NCBI GenBank assembly: GCA_039545335.1
Contig: BCIN01000003.1
Span: forward strand, 992,001-1,056,000
Direction of reading: 5' to 3'
DNA length: 64,000 nucleotides
Source: Kondoa subrosea
Taxonomy: Eukaryota
Made by a program: the position numbers and the translations under genes. Numbering within the stretch: the stretch's first letter is position 1; the number at the start of each line of letters is the position of its first letter. The notes below the pieces were generated by a model. It was not told the origin of the DNA. It worked only from the letters and a program-made list of their open reading frames with translations, and did no database searches. Below, one piece after another: positions 1 through 14,045 of this stretch.

Positions 1-3000
1 TCATGCAGCGCTCTGCTCTGACTCTAGCGATAGTCGCATCAGCACTGAAGGAAGATCGCAAGAAGGATCCGGCATAGGTCCATCTCATTGCTCATCGCCT
101 GTGTCTGTTCCAAAAGCTGATCGGTTTTCGCAGGGCTGGCACTGACATGCAAGTTACACTCGGCTGCAATGACATTGAACTCGGGCTTAATCTTTCTGTG
201 TCTAGTGGAAATCGTCAAAATATTACACGGAACTATCAACGTGCAGAGCAAAGTCGGCGAAGGCAGTATCTTTTCAGTCGAACTGCCGATGGGAACTGGT
301 CACTTGAATCCAGATCGAGTCATCCAGGTGGAAACGTGCGTCGTGTCTCGATTCAACACACTTCTATGCTGAGCAAGTTTTTAGGCTGGAAATCGATCCC
401 GAGCCGAATCGATTGCGCTTCGCAATGGGAATCGTCCAAGAAGCAGCACAGTGGACCCTAGGCCAAACGGATAATCCGATGATCTCTCCTCTGCCGAGCG
501 AGTCTTCGGGAAATTCGTCTGGTAGCGACCCCTTTTTAGACAGTCGCTCTCTTCCGGGCAATCTATCAACAAAAGATGCAGTCATTTTGATTGCGTAAGT
601 TAGCCTGGGGTCAATATGCTACAGTAACAGATGCTGATTTGATGCGCAGGGACGACAACGCTGATGTCAGTTGTCAACTACAATGGTTTTGAGAATTACT
701 GATATGGCCAAAGATGCGCGCATATTGCAAGAATGTCCTCAAGCAGTACACCTGCATCGAGTGTTGCGATGGACAGCAAGCCTGGGATATCCTACAGCAG
801 CGTTCAGACAGTTTTCAAGTTGATCTGGTGCTTTCGGATGTAATGATGCCTAAGTAGGTGGTCAATACTTCTGAAGTGTCTCGCTCATGTTCAGGTAGGG
901 TTGATGGCTTCCAGCTGCTACGGTTGATACGAGAAGATCCGAGCACCGCTTTGACGCCCTTCATTCTGCTCAGTGCCAAAGCAGGAGAAGAGGCCAAAGC
1001 AGAAGGATTGTTTGCTGGAGCAGACGACTATCTGAACAAGCCCTTCGCAAGTAAAGAATTATTAGCGGTAAGACCGGTTCCAAACCCGCTCGAATTCGCT
1101 TAGTATGAGCAACAGAGAGTTCACGTGCATCTGCAGCTTGGAAAGATGCGGTTGGAGTTGGAGAAAAGAGTTGAAGACCGCACACGTGCTCTTGTTGACA
1201 GTGAACTTCGGAGTAAAGATCTAGTACGCATGCTCTGATCTACGACATAAAGATGTTTCTTGATTTTCACGCTAGGCGGATCATTTCAGCCTTGTCTTGA
1301 ATACAGTGAGAAATCTTTCTCCGCCGTGCTGAGATCCACTAATGTCCAATAGAATCCGGCTGGAATCTTTGCTGCATCTTCCGACGGGGTCCTCACATAC
1401 ACAGTGCGTGTAGCTTTGGTTTAAGCTGAAAAGCGACTGATCCTACAATCATGTTCACTGCACAGAACAAAGCATGGTGAGCAATTTCCGATACTTTTAG
1501 GCACTGCCTGACTTCGTATACAGGCGGGACATCAGCGGCTATTCTGAGCGATCCATCAACATTGAAGAATGGCAAAAAGCTGTACATCCCGAGGATTTGG
1601 AATCTCTGCAAGAACAGTGGAGTACGTTTGGTCACATTCAAGCCGGCACTTCCTGATTTGCAATCCAGATGGCGTGATAGAAGACGGAAAAGATATCAAT
1701 CTCTTCGAATTCCGATGGCTTCGTAGGCACCATATATAGCCACTGTCGTATACTTTCTAACGTGCATTCTGACTTCAGATCCGGATGGCAAAGTCGGTAA
1801 GTGCAAGCCGTTGGTGTCGCTGCCTTTGCTGAGGTTGGCTAGTATGGTCTCACGTAAACACTACATGCCTCAAGGGATCAGATACTGCAGCAATTATTGG
1901 GTCGATTGTGGACACAACACAGATCAAAGAGCTGGAACAGCTTCACATCACTGCTGTTGAGCAGCGAGCTGCTGACGCTGACAAGGTCGGATCATTCATC
2001 TGCAGCAAGTCTTGGCTAACTTTGAGAAATGGCTTCAGATGCGCAAAGCACAAGAGTTAAATGTCGATCTAGCTTCACATGAAATCAGGAACCCCTTATC
2101 AGCTCTGATGCAGAACGCAGAGCTGGTCTGCGATAGTTTAGTAAGGTCTTCCCTGTGTCACGCGTTGCGATCTGCTTATCTTTGTCTACAACAGGGCAAA
2201 TTAGCAGACACTCTGGAATCAGACAAAGCGCTGAATCGAAAACAACTGCGTCAAGAGCTTGAGGAAGACCTGGATGCAGCAGAAAGTATTGTTGTTTGTT
2301 CTACGCACCTTAGTACGTGATTCTGCTCAGTGCCGGTTCGCGAAGTCTAAGCATACTCAGAACGAATCTGCGACGATATTCTGGTTCGGCTTTTCCCATC
2401 CCTTTTATAATCACAACTGACGCTTCACAGGGCTGGAGCAAATTGTCGACTGGTTTACTGCAATTGCACACTTCAACCTTTCATGTTCCTTCTTTAGGCA
2501 AAAGTCTTCTTCTAATGTTTGAACTTGACGCCCAAACCAAGGGGATTGATCTCAAGCTCGATATCGATAGTTCCGTACAAAGGGAAAAGGGCTGCTGGGT
2601 AGTTGCAGATCACCATCGCTTGAACCAAGTCTTGATCAACTTTACGACCAACGCTTTCAAGGCGGTAGCTGATTCGACCACCAAGCAAATCACAGTGTCT
2701 TTCGAAGTCACAGCCTCTGTTCCACCGGAAAGACCGGGCGTCATGCGAGTCATTAAAGAGCAATATGTTCAACAGCTCCCGGAAAATGGTCTGTATCTGT
2801 GCTGCTCTGTCACAGATACGGGACGCGGGCTTGGCGTAGAAGATAGAACGAAACTTTTCAAGATTTGGTCGCAATTGGATCCAGAAGTGGATTCCACCAA
2901 CGGTTTTGGCCTGGGACTGTTTGTGAGCCAAAAAATCGTGGAGCTGCACGGTGGATTCGTCGAAGTGGAAGGAGAGAAAGGAATTGGCTCGTGTTTCCGC

Positions 3001-3855
3001 TTCGTTTTACCTGTGGCTCGAGGCATTGCAAAGGAGCTCTCCCCAATAGCTCAAGATGGCGAAGGAAGAAGAGCTCGACCTCGGCGGCAGAGATCATCAA
3101 TGACTGAACTTTTGCCGAGTGCACCTGCTTCAACCAGCTCTTCCAGCAGTAGCAAACAGCTCGTCCTCGTTGTAGAGGATAATCTCATCAAGTACGTCGA
3201 GTGACTAGTCCTGTATGTTACCTATGCCAATATTTCGCAGCCAAAAAGTTCTTGCACGCCAACTTTCACTCAAGGGATATGATACAGAAGTTGCATCAAA
3301 TGGCAGAGAAGCACTTGATTACCTCTATGGTCTAAAGCAAACATCTCGCCCGATAGATGTTACGCTTATGGACATTGTAAGCCAGTCTTCAGAACATTGA
3401 AGGCTGACACTGACATGCTGCACAGGAAATGGTCAGTGTTGCCAAGCGCGGCTGTTATGGACAATCTTATCATTTTCTTTAGCCTGTGCTTTCGGGATTA
3501 GAAGCAATCAAAGAGCTTCGCGAGAAGGAGAAGCAAGGATTATATCCGAAACACAATGTCATAGCCATTACTGGTACGATCTATCTATGAAGCTTATTCC
3601 AATCATCTGAACTCGCTACGTAGGCAATGCAAGACAAGAACAGATTGATTCCTTTTATTCAGCAGGATTTGACGATGTAGGTCTTATTTCCCGTGTGCTC
3701 GGATCAGGCTCATGCTCCAGCTTGCTGTGTTCAGGTGAAGTGCAAACCCTACAGGTAGTCCCCTCCTCTTCGCCAATTAGGCAGCGACTTACAGACTGTT
3801 TTCTAGCTTCGCTGAGATTGTGTCCCAAATCGAACGCCTCAAACTTGCACCCTAG
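1..3855 (+). CDS. Dual (tandem) hybrid histidine kinase, 5' part outside window: HATPase-REC-PAS-like-HisKA-HATPase-REC; multi-exon
   Basis: First HATPase end (GSGIG...LHGTINVQSKVGEGSIFSVELP). REC1 (ADDNAD...DLVLSDVMMP...LSAKAGEE...GADDYLNKPF). H-box DLASHEIRNPLS. N/G boxes (QVLINFTTNAFK, DTGRG, GFGLGL). REC2 (LVVEDN...DVTLMDI...AITG...GFDD). Many ~50-nt introns; stop TAG at 3853-3855. Confidence 0.93.
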
Positions 3856-4109
3856 ATTGGTAGACGATGATTTTAAAAGAATGTAGATACGAAACCAAAC
3901 GATCTGGATTTGTACAAGATTATGGAGACTTGTAAATATACAATTGTAGATACTGTAACTCTTTGTCTCCTCAAAGATTTCCTTGGCTATCGTTTCTTAG
4001 ACTTTCTTTGCAACTTCAATTTACTTCTTCCGCCTTCACTTTCTGCACTCTTGAATCTGCGTCGTACTTCGTTCTTTCCGACTCGACGCTTTCGTCTCCA
4101 ATGGAACAA

Positions 4110-6009
4110 TTACTTGCTCTTCTTCTTCTTTTGGCCTGCTGTCTGTCCACCACCAAAGACCAAATGGTTCACTTTCCTATATCATCGAAATCAACTATAA
4201 GCATCAAATATGACCGTAAATCCTGAGTAAAGGAAGACGAACGTCAAACGAGCTGTTACAGCTAACCAAACAATCTTCATAATTGTGATTGGTGGCCAAA
4301 ACATATCCACTCGTTTTTGATATTCCCGATAAAGAGGATATTTGGAAGAAGAGATTTGTTCGGTTAAAAGAGTTGATGAGTACTATCAAACTGAAAATCA
4401 GCTTTCCTGGCCATACGGATATCAGCTGAAGAAAAAGCAAACGCACAAAGAGTAGAGTGACTGCCAATGGGGACAGGAAAGAGTAGTTAATCAAGTGAGG
4501 TGCTATGGACACACGTTAGAAAGCTTCTATCAATCGCAAGGGGCTTGACTACTCACCTGTATCTTTTGCCAACTTGATCAAAGTATCCGTATCGACCGAT
4601 TTGTTATCGATAGCTTTACTAGCAACATGTTGCAAAGTGTTGAACAAGTTTGTGAAAACAGCTTTCGGGACAGTCGCTTTCAAGGTAAAGAGATAAAGAA
4701 TATAGTAGTTGCTGATTTCGCAAGAGAAGTTTGGATGTCTTGACCAAGCGAAAAGTCCATCCGTTCGGAATCCACGAGTCAATTTGCCTCGATCAATAGT
4801 CTCTTGTTGAGTTGTTTTGCCTGCCGAACCATGTTGCTTGGGATCACGTTTCCAGACCTGTCAGCAAGCCTCGTTGAGCATACAATATTGTGTTCGAATC
4901 GAAAACGAGCTGACCTGATATTCCTGTTGCTGGTTATCACCAATTTCCTCGAAGATCAAAATCGTGACAAAGGCGCCGGCAAGCAAGAAATCGATGAGGC
5001 CCAATGGAGGTGGAACATGAGTTGGATGACGATTGGCACGAGCGGTAAGCAACAAGTATTGAGGCAAAGCCATGCAGACGAAAAGAATGTTTTGCATGAA
5101 AGCGGTGAAAGTGCTGTTTCTGAACATCAGCAAATCGCACGAGCATAATTGACAAGGACCACAAACAGCGAAAGGATCTTGTATGGCCAGTACCCAATGT
5201 TGCGCTTGACGATTCTATGAACAGTCACATCAGCTTTTATGCCGATAGAAGCAACACAAGGTGACTTACTGCCAGCGGTAATCTTCCGTAGTGAGGTTGA
5301 AGAATCCACGACCGAAAGCATGGATAGTCAAACGAGCACACCAAAGTAGTTGCAAGCCAAACATCAAGAACATTCTTGGATCCACTCCATCTGGAACCAA
5401 GTTTTCTTGCCAGGAAGTAGACGAGCCAGAGTATGATAAGAAGGATTTAGTGAATGTTCCAGCTTTGATGTGATCGTAGAATGTATAGTGAATAGTCTGT
5501 GCGCGTCAAGAAAGCCTGATCAACACAGAAGTCGCGAAAAGCAACTCTGAAAACAGCTCACGTATGCGAGAGGGATGAATGTCCATAGACTACCCGTCGG
5601 TCGTTTTGTGAGTATGCGGCATTTTCTGACCTTTGCAAAGGAGGGACTCACCGATCTACAATGGAAGCATTACCAGTAATTTCACCAACAACCCAGCAGA
5701 AGACGGAAAGGTAGAAACAAGCTCCGAGAGTCAAGTTGAAAGGATCATGGTTCATATACCAAGTACCGAAAGCAGTACGAGCGTTGCTGATAGTATTGTA
5801 GCTGAAAGTGTCGACAACAACATCATAGAGCTTTGAAGCGTCCAGATCAGAGTAATTGATTCCTTTGCCAGAGATCAATGGAAGGGAGTTGTAATGTAGA
5901 CCTAAGCCATCGCCTTTATTCAAGAATCGATGCAACTAATTGCCAGCGACACAAGAAATGTAAACACGTCGGCTATTTCCAAATGCAGGACTTACTTGAG
6001 GTAGAACAT
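4110..6009 (-). CDS. DUF1295-family (steroid 5-alpha-reductase-like) membrane protein, multi-exon
   Basis: Motifs GFRTDGLFAWSRHPNFSCE, STLLTEQISSSKYPLYREYQKRV and EEIGDNQQQEYQ; hydrophobic segments; C-terminus KKKKSK. Confidence 0.85.
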
Positions 6010-6417
6010 GGTTATGTGGATTCAAGGCTGGATGTAAGGCTGGCACGTGAGACGTGACAGACGATAACAGACCCATTATTTAACTTGAAGGTCGTTGTCT
6101 CAAGAATACGAATCGGTGTTGAAAATGGGTCGAGAACTCACTGTAGGTAAACGCAAGCTATCCGTGCTCGTGGCTCGTAGCAGATGTACACCATAAGTAG
6201 TATTACATTAGCAGCGTTCCAGCATTTCTAATGAAAGTCAGCTTGTGCGTCATTGATTGTTCGAAATTGCTTCAGCCGACTCGTCGGACGGAATACTAGA
6301 CATACGTGTAGCGAGAGTAGTAGAAAGCTCGAACACAGTCATCGAAGAAGCACTCAGGGAGGAATAAAGATGTTATGAACATACAAAATCAATGAGCGGA
6401 AGATACGACAATAAAGA

Positions 6418-6969
6418 TCAAATACGGCGATACATGATAATACCTGCAGTCCGACCAGGATCAACAGCAAAACCATTTCTTTCGAAGAAACTAGCCGAGT
6501 CATAGAACCCAGCAGGTTCAACCAAAGCGACCTTTTTGCCCCGAGCACGCATAAGAACCAGAGCAATGCCTACCAGCGTTACGGCTAGAGTCTGACCAGT
6601 AGCTACCAGCGTTTGGGGATGACCCCACGAATCAGCAACCCAGATATCGGATATAATCGCTTGATTGCTAGCAGTAATATGAATTGACTGAGAAAGCTTG
6701 ACTAGGATTCTTCCTATAATGATACCATCATGCTGAACGGCTTTGAAAGAGACGAATTGAGACCGGTGGTTGCATGGATCGGGTTGATAGTAGTAAGACC
6801 AAGAGCTATGGACTGGATGTTGCTCATATCTTGGCATCATGTAATGAGGAGTAGTCAATTCCGCATTTATTATGAGATGATTCTCATCACGGGTTGAATA
6901 GGCGTAAGGGTAGATGGCAATGCCGTCCTGGCCGTAAATATCCGCAATCATAGAGGACAGCAGAGCCAT
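6418..6969 (-). CDS. Intronless protein with probable GNAT-like acetyltransferase fold
   Basis: Open frame from MALLSS. C-terminal half IISDIWVADSW...GQTLAVTLVGIALVLMRARG..VALVE...SASFFERNGF resembles the GNAT motif A/B pattern. Confidence 0.5.
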   Translation of the reverse strand: MALLSSMIADIYGQDGIAIYPYAYSTRDENHLIINAELTTPHYMMPRYEQHPVHSSWSYYYQPDPCNHRSQFVSFKAVQHDGIIIGRILVKLSQSIHITASNQAIISDIWVADSWGHPQTLVATGQTLAVTLVGIALVLMRARGKKVALVEPAGFYDSASFFERNGFAVDPGRTAGIIMYRRI

Positions 6970-7278
6970 TGCAAGAATCGGCAAGCTGAATGCTATCGAG
7001 GATAAGCAGTATAAGAGAGGGTAGATAGAGAGACGACGGGAGCGAAAGAGAACGATCTCGCCCGGAGATGACAACCGCGAATGAACAAAGGAAGATGGTG
7101 CTCTAACAAATGTCAGTAAATCAGCTTTGGCATTCAAAGATGTTCTACTCACAGAGCTTATACGAAGGATATGTATGAGGCATGAAATCAAGAAGAGTTC
7201 TGAACAACCGGCCAAAAGATAACAATGTACAGTATTACCCTTTGTACAGTATAGTATTACATAAGATAACAAATAGCT

Positions 7279-8734
7279 TCATCTTCCGGGCTTGATATCT
7301 GGCGGGTTCTCTATCGGCAATCCAGTCGCAACTTTTACATCCGATCGATCAACTTCTTGACCATCTTGATTCAGGAATACCAGCTTGGCCTTTACTGGAA
7401 TCTTGTTTTCGCCAGTAGTATCGACAATGAAATCGGTCTCATTTGCGAGAGCATCTGGTGGAAGAGCAATTGACCCAATCTCGTTTTCTGCTGCCGCGTC
7501 TTCTAATTCGCTCTTCCAGGCATACCGGACGAACTGAACGACAGCGATTAGCTCTAAATCGGTAGGGAGCGATAGAAGCGTACGACTGGGATAAGAACAG
7601 CTGCAATTATACCTCCTAAACCAAGGATGTTCTTGACCTGCCAAACAAACTTGAGCATTCAAACGACCACGGGATATGACAATAACTCACGGAGATCAAG
7701 TGGAAGTCTGATGAACTGGTCATATCATCCAGTGTTTCTCCGATAGATACATGCTGTTCAATAAGTTCAGCTTAAATTCCGGTTCCTGCCCATAAAGACT
7801 GACGATGTATGAAATTCCCATCGTTCCCAAAAAGGTGGATATCCAGAATAAAGGCAGTCCAATCCCAAGATGAGGCGACACGATATTGATGACCCAATGC
7901 TGTAGTTGCAACAACAGTGAATGAGAACAAATCTCAATCTACAATCGTGCGACTTACGGGTGGCAAGGGAGCTATTCTCAGCACAATCAAATAGCTGATC
8001 AAATTATCGTTCTGAGCTGCTATCCTTGCTTTCCAGGCATCTAATCTGTTTCTCCATCTTGATGATGCTAAAAGTAATGCTGGACCGAGAGAAGATGATA
8101 ACAGATAGCAAAGACTTGCTCCCGTTCCGACGCACTATCTCAGACAGAGTCAAGAGTAGTCACGTTTCCAGATGATGAACGTACGAATGCGACCAAGAAT
8201 AGGGCTTTGAAGCCGTACATCGCGCCAGCCAAGATCTGTGACATTGAGGTGTAGACATGAGCAAAGTCAAGAATTACTACTGAAGATAGTTGTCGAACAT
8301 ACCGATAAATACATGCTTCCAGGTAAAGAGAAAGCTTGCAAGAAGAGATAAACAATTGTGAAACTTCCCAGTACGCGATAATTGTTTCGTTCTTTGTAGA
8401 TTTGCAAGACTGAATTGAGAGCTTTCAGATCATCGAACGATCTTGGGATCTTGACATGATCTTTATCTACTGGGTCGATAGGTGGTAAGAGAGATTTAAG
8501 GGAGATGACTAAGAAGATGATAGAAAGGAAGAAGATGAGTAAGAAGCGAAGTCCTGCACCGAGCAGTGGTTTGCCAGCTTGCTGTCGTAGGTAAGGGCCA
8601 TAAGTTCTGGGTGATCTCCAAACCAGAATGACAGCTGAAGTGTCTATCGCTTCTTCTGCTCCGAGAGGCATATCCACAGAGAGCGTATCAGCCAAGTATG
8701 AACTCGACCTCAAGATCAAGCTAGGGCGAGGCAT
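7279..8734 (-). CDS. SNARE-associated/VTT-domain (TMEM41B/TVP38/DedA family) membrane protein, multi-exon
   Basis: IPRSFDDLKALNSVLQIY, YLFLQAFSLPGSMYLSILAGAMYG, YLIVLRIAPLPP and HWVINIVSPHLGIGLPLFWISTFLG are typical of this family. Confidence 0.88.
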
Positions 8735-10570
8735 TCCGAGAGCGTTGTTCAAGAAAGAAGGGCAATTCTAGGCTTGTCCGCGAGCAATGACTTTGCGAAC
8801 GTGTGCTCTGATCCTGTGTGCAAACAGCTCTATTGTGGATCAAGACTACTGAGAGCTGGACATCAAGCTGGATCCTATGCTGAACTGGCTATCTCGAGAC
8901 CAAATGCGGACACTGGCAGTAGTAGTCGCATCCAGGAGACTTCATCTCCTGGCCCCTCTCTCAGTCCAATACATTACTTATAAAACCGTTTCGCGGCTCG
9001 GGCAACAGTAGCATCAATGTTGCACGCCGGATTACGAGTTCACTATTTCTGTCGGAATGCAACGCAAGCGATCATCTTCTGCTGTGAATGACTCTTGAAG
9101 AGCTCCGAAAATCTTTCGGACTTGCAGGACAAGCGAGATGATAAATTTGGTCTACTTCTGTCAAGAAGCTATCCACGACATCGTGCCTAACGAGTTCGAA
9201 ATTGGGATGCCCACTGATCAAGCAATATGGAATGAGTGCTGAAACTAGTAGGTATCAGATTGCAGCGCACACCCAGTGGCTCACAGCAGTCTTCGAACCA
9301 GAGAAGAAGCTATTTTAAGCAACGTTAATATTGTCTCAATGGAAATACAACAGAGCAACTGACTTGTCGAGAACAGAAACATCATGACCCATGAGCATCA
9401 GTCTGTCGACCAGATGCGATCCCACGAATCCTATTACATTATGTCGATTCGATATGTTGCAAATTGGTGTCACAAGACTACTAACTGACCTGCATCGCCT
9501 GTCACCAATATTCGCTTCCTCTCGTGAGGCTTCAGTAGAGCAACTGGAGGGTAGGAGCTAGTAGGAGAGTAGTAGACAGTTTTGCTGGAAGCAGTCGAAG
9601 GTCCAGCATTGGGACTGTTATTCCAACTTCCTGCTCTTGATTACGGATGCAACGAATCTCGTGAGTCATCCAAGAACATTGAAGGCAAGTAGAGCGATTG
9701 CAAGATTGGCAAAGGAATTCGATGATTGCCATGTCCACCTGTTTCTATAAGTTGTCCCTTGTTGTCGACTGGAGGGAATCGCCTGCTGCTGCTCATACTG
9801 AATGGTAACACGTAGCCTGGTATATATTCAAGGGGGTATGACGACTTCGGCCATCACCATTAATGGTCAAAAGGCAAAAGGAACAAAAGATTCGAAAATA
9901 TGAAAATGAGATTTCAAGGTTCTTCTGCTACAGTGTCCGGTCGCTCTTTGGTCAGAACCGAGCAGCTAGGATGTCCTTGTGGATGATACCTTGAAGGTGC
10001 AACAATACCGCTTTCTCTCTGAGCCGTGTTTTCTTTGATATGATGTTTATCCTGTTTTCTCTCTCTTCTGCTTGCAAGGAGAGCTTTCGCTTGCTTGGCT
10101 CTTCCTATGTTGTCACAAGCATCCATCTCTTTGCCCTTACTAGATATCGGGTCGCGGCTTCATGCCTATTAGGGCCAGGCATTGCTCGTTCTTGTAGCTT
10201 GCAGGACCTTGTGAAGGAATGGTGTGCTCCTCGTCTTTTGCCAAGGCTTGCCTCTGTAATGCTCTTTTTTTCTCTTTTTCTTGCTTGATGAAGATAAGTT
10301 GGCACTCGAACTTTTAGATTTCGTGTTTTATCCATTTCCAGACAACGCGGATCAACTGCCAATGCTGGCTGAGCATTTGGCTTTGTTATTGCCATGTCGG
10401 GTCAAGATTTGCGCGTTTAACCTGTGTATCGGGAAACTCTATCTAGGTTTGGCGTGCGGCGTGCCTTCCGTGGGAAATTGTTCAACATCCCTTAATCGAA
10501 TTTTGGGCTGCAGTCAATACGTTCCAGCTGTGCTGTCTGCTACTGCATCTTCAAGCAAGACCTTCAGAAC

Positions 10571-12275
10571 ATGACAATCAGGATCTGCTTACCGAAACTT
10601 CTACTTGGGTTGCTGCTCAATGCATTCGTATTAACAGCTAGAGGTAAGCTACTCTAGTCTCTGAATATGTATCAGTTCAAAAGCTGACGCTATTAGGCCA
10701 AACATGCGATGAAGTTTTACAGTCTCGAAAGCTTGAACGACCTTATTCAGCTGATGCGGAAGTGAGAAAGCTGTCTTTCCTATTCCAGATATAGCAACTC
10801 ACTCAATCTGCAGAGAATATGCAGAATGTACCTGCGCATCGAGCCAGAGATTCTTACCTTGACAAGCTATACTTCCGAGGCACCCGAATTGTAAGTACTT
10901 CCTGTTCCTTTGCGACTGAGCTGACGCTACTATAGAACAACTGAATATACTTCCACGACTTCGACGTATACGCAAAGTCCTCCAGATATTGTGAAGACTC
11001 GGACCGTGCAATTGAACATTGTTTCAACTTTCACGCCTTCTGCCAGGTAAGGTTGTCCTCCTGTCACTCTACATTCCTTGTTGATTTTCCGCCAGGACTT
11101 CGACTGTTTGGACCACGGTGACTGCATCTAAGCTGCAGGGCAGAGCTGGCCTGCCCGATTGTTTCGCTGGCATGAGTCGAGAAGAAATTGTCCAGGCTTG
11201 TGCTTGTATGAATATTGCTACTCAGACGTATACGGTCTATCGGACTGCCGTAATCACGCGTGAGTCGTTCAATTGATTTTGCATGCATGTATGCTCCAGG
11301 GGGCTGAGAATTCGACAGCGACATCGACTCTTCTTCGGACCCGGCGGTTTTCCACTCAAGTGACAGCACCAGCACGCACTGTGACCACAGAATACACGCG
11401 TAGTAAGCTTTATGCTGTCGGAAACCGGGTCTTGGCTCATCCTGGGTCCGTTTCCAGCAACTAGCAAGACCTACATTGCACCGTCTCCCATTACATTTGT
11501 CACAAATACGATCACTACATCTATTCCGTCTCCGAAATACAGCAGCTCCACTCTTTCCACGATCATCCCAAGTTCATCGGTAATCCCAGATCCTTCATCT
11601 TCATCTTCCAGCTCTCAACCACCACTTGACGCGACTTCTCAAGCCTCGACTTATGCGTCAAGCTACTCAGGCTCATCCAGCTCAGCTCAGTTGCCGACTT
11701 CGACGTCGACATCGATTCAAAGTTCGAGTGAAAGTTCAGCTCCTAGCTCGATCGCATCTTCCCGCAACTCAGACTCAGACTCATCTCCCGTTTCAATTCC
11801 CTCTTCGGCGTCTTCTCAAGCAGTTTCCTCACCTGTTGCAAGTGTATCTTCAAACTACAGCGCAAGTCAATCAGCTCTACCATCTGGGTCAGCTTCCATA
11901 GCATCCAGTGTCTCAGGCCTCTCCTCCTCTTCTTCTGCCGTCGTTCCTTCAGCATCGGACAGTCTTTCTGATTCAAACTCGGTATCGACTTTAAGCGGAC
12001 AATCTGCGACTGCAAGTCAAGCCAGCAATTCAGCTTCTTTCAACCCAAACAGCTCTATCTTCTCCAATGCAGCAAGTTCAGCTCAAACTTCAGCAGCTCC
12101 TTCTGGCTCTTCTGGAACTTCTTTCGCAGCAAGTACTAGCGCAATTCACAGTGGCTCAAGTTCTGGTTCTGCTTCTTTGGCACCTACATCTGTTCAATCT
12201 TCTTCTAGTCGACCAGTATCCACGACGACCTCGACGACTAGCAAGGTTTGTATTATTGGTAAAATCTGTCTGTAA
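10571..12275 (+). CDS. Secreted Ser/Thr-rich (mucin-like/cell-surface) protein
   Basis: Signal-peptide-like MTIRICLPKLLLGLLLNAFVLTAR followed by a gtaagc donor. Thr-rich exons with a few Cys, then a long Ser-rich terminal exon ending KVCIIGKICL. Confidence 0.7.
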
Positions 12276-12338
12276 AGGGTAAACGCGTTTCAAGAGCCTC
12301 GGGAATATCACAGAGAGGTCTCTAATGTACAATTGAAC

Positions 12339-13890
12339 CTAATGTAAAGTAGAATACACCCTTTGAAGAACACCTCTGGTATCTCTCCAATTCCAATGCC
12401 GACTCCTCTTGCCTTCTCTATTCACAGCATCCTCTCTATCGAAACCTTGACCCAAATCTTCAGCTTCCACTCTTCCCCTCCAACCGCCTGACATTTGGTA
12501 GAACTCCCAAACAGAAAAAGCGCCTAAAGCAACAAAGATCCAAAACCAGATCAACGACATGCCGAAAGCTGAAACGAAATCGAATCCCAATGCGGATGGA
12601 ATGGTATTGAAAGTACTGAAGACGGAAGAAGAAGCTTGATTGCCTCATACTCCGCTCATGACCGTGAGAAGTTGCTCCCGCTCATCTCCGTCGAACACAT
12701 TGATGTGCAACAGATGCACCTACAAAGATTCACTATCCTCGAGCTCGAAGCACTGCAGCATGCTTGTCGTACTATCCTTTCTTATGAGGGCCATGTTCAA
12801 GCAAATTTCCTTGAGGCTCTACTAGCAGCGGCATGCTATCAATACAGCTCCCGTATCGCAACACGATGTATCGCTATTCTTTTGCAGTCAGCATGAATGT
12901 AACAGAAGTCTTATCTTATCCTTGCACAGCTATCATATTCTCTGTTCTGTACCGGGCCTGTACCGCAGCAGATTAATGCTTCACGCCGGATGGGAAGAAT
13001 GGTCAAGAGAAATTTGTAACCTTGAACAGGCTTTGTACCAAGCTCGCGATAAAGGAGAACGGGTTTGAGAGAAAGAGGCTCGGCGAGCAAAGCAAAGCAA
13101 GATCAGCTACTCATCGAAGGAGCTGACTCCATTGTGAAATGTGGAAAAAAGCCAAAGTAAGATGACAATTGCAAAGTGTGGCAGATTGTGGGTTGGGATA
13201 GAGTAGCTCAATAATGCAGGTAGCAGTTTGTAGCAATTCAAGTTGACTTGAAAAATGCTTGTTGCACACTTTCTTCCCAAAACCATACATCACAATGGCT
13301 CCAGCATCAGCAGACTTAGCGTGGCTCGTAATCCGAGGCTTCAACTCTCGCCAGGTCAGTCTGCAACATACTAGATTCCAATGAGAAGCAAGTTGCTAAA
13401 TAGAAAAGTTCAGGTCAAGCGATCCCATGGTGGAATTCCAGTCCTCTCATGCGAGTATGCTGCAACAGAGCTGCTTGCTATAGTCCACAAGAGCTGATCA
13501 AGTCATTCAACAGACCTGGAAACCTCAAAAATGTGAACAGCAAGAAATACTCTGGCTTCGCTAACCACAAAGTCAGTGGACGAGGTTGATAACGGCTTAA
13601 GGGCTCGTGTTGACGCTCCAAATTTGACAGGTTGTTTCCGTTCGCGCTACCAAGGATGGAAAGGGCATTGTTCTGCACACTCGCAAAGCCAAGAGCTCTG
13701 CTCACTCAATTGCAAGCGCTGCTACCACTTCTACCCTCAAAGGATCTTCTCGCCGTGCTGCCAAGACTGTTGCTAGCACTGTTTCCGCGTACAGACCTGG
13801 ATTGACAAAGGTCGGTCTTACAACATTTGAAGTAATTACTCTGAAGCCGACTTTGTTGCAGGCCGCCGTCGCTCGCGCTTCATGCATTCT
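12339..13890 (-). CDS. Hypothetical protein with C-terminal transmembrane segment; exon structure and start uncertain
   Basis: Last exon NQASSSVFSTFNTIPSALGFDFVSAFGMSLIWFWIFVALGAFSVWEFYQ... and several upstream open segments separated by intron-like gaps; no family recognised. Confidence 0.4.
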
Positions 13891-14045
13891 CAAGTCCCAG
13901 AAAGCCAACCACAAGGGACAGAAGGTTCAAAAGAAGAGAGGAGCAGCAAAGAGGGCAGAATCAAGCGCTTGATTTTTCATATACTTCAATGCAACCAGAC
14001 TCAATGCAACAGAATCTCTTCTGACATCTTTTCTTTACAATCTTT

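Noticed and set aside
9000..10560. Several short minus- and plus-strand ORFs
   Set aside because: I could not assemble a consistent spliced frame or recognise motifs; a lineage-specific gene is possible but unsupported.
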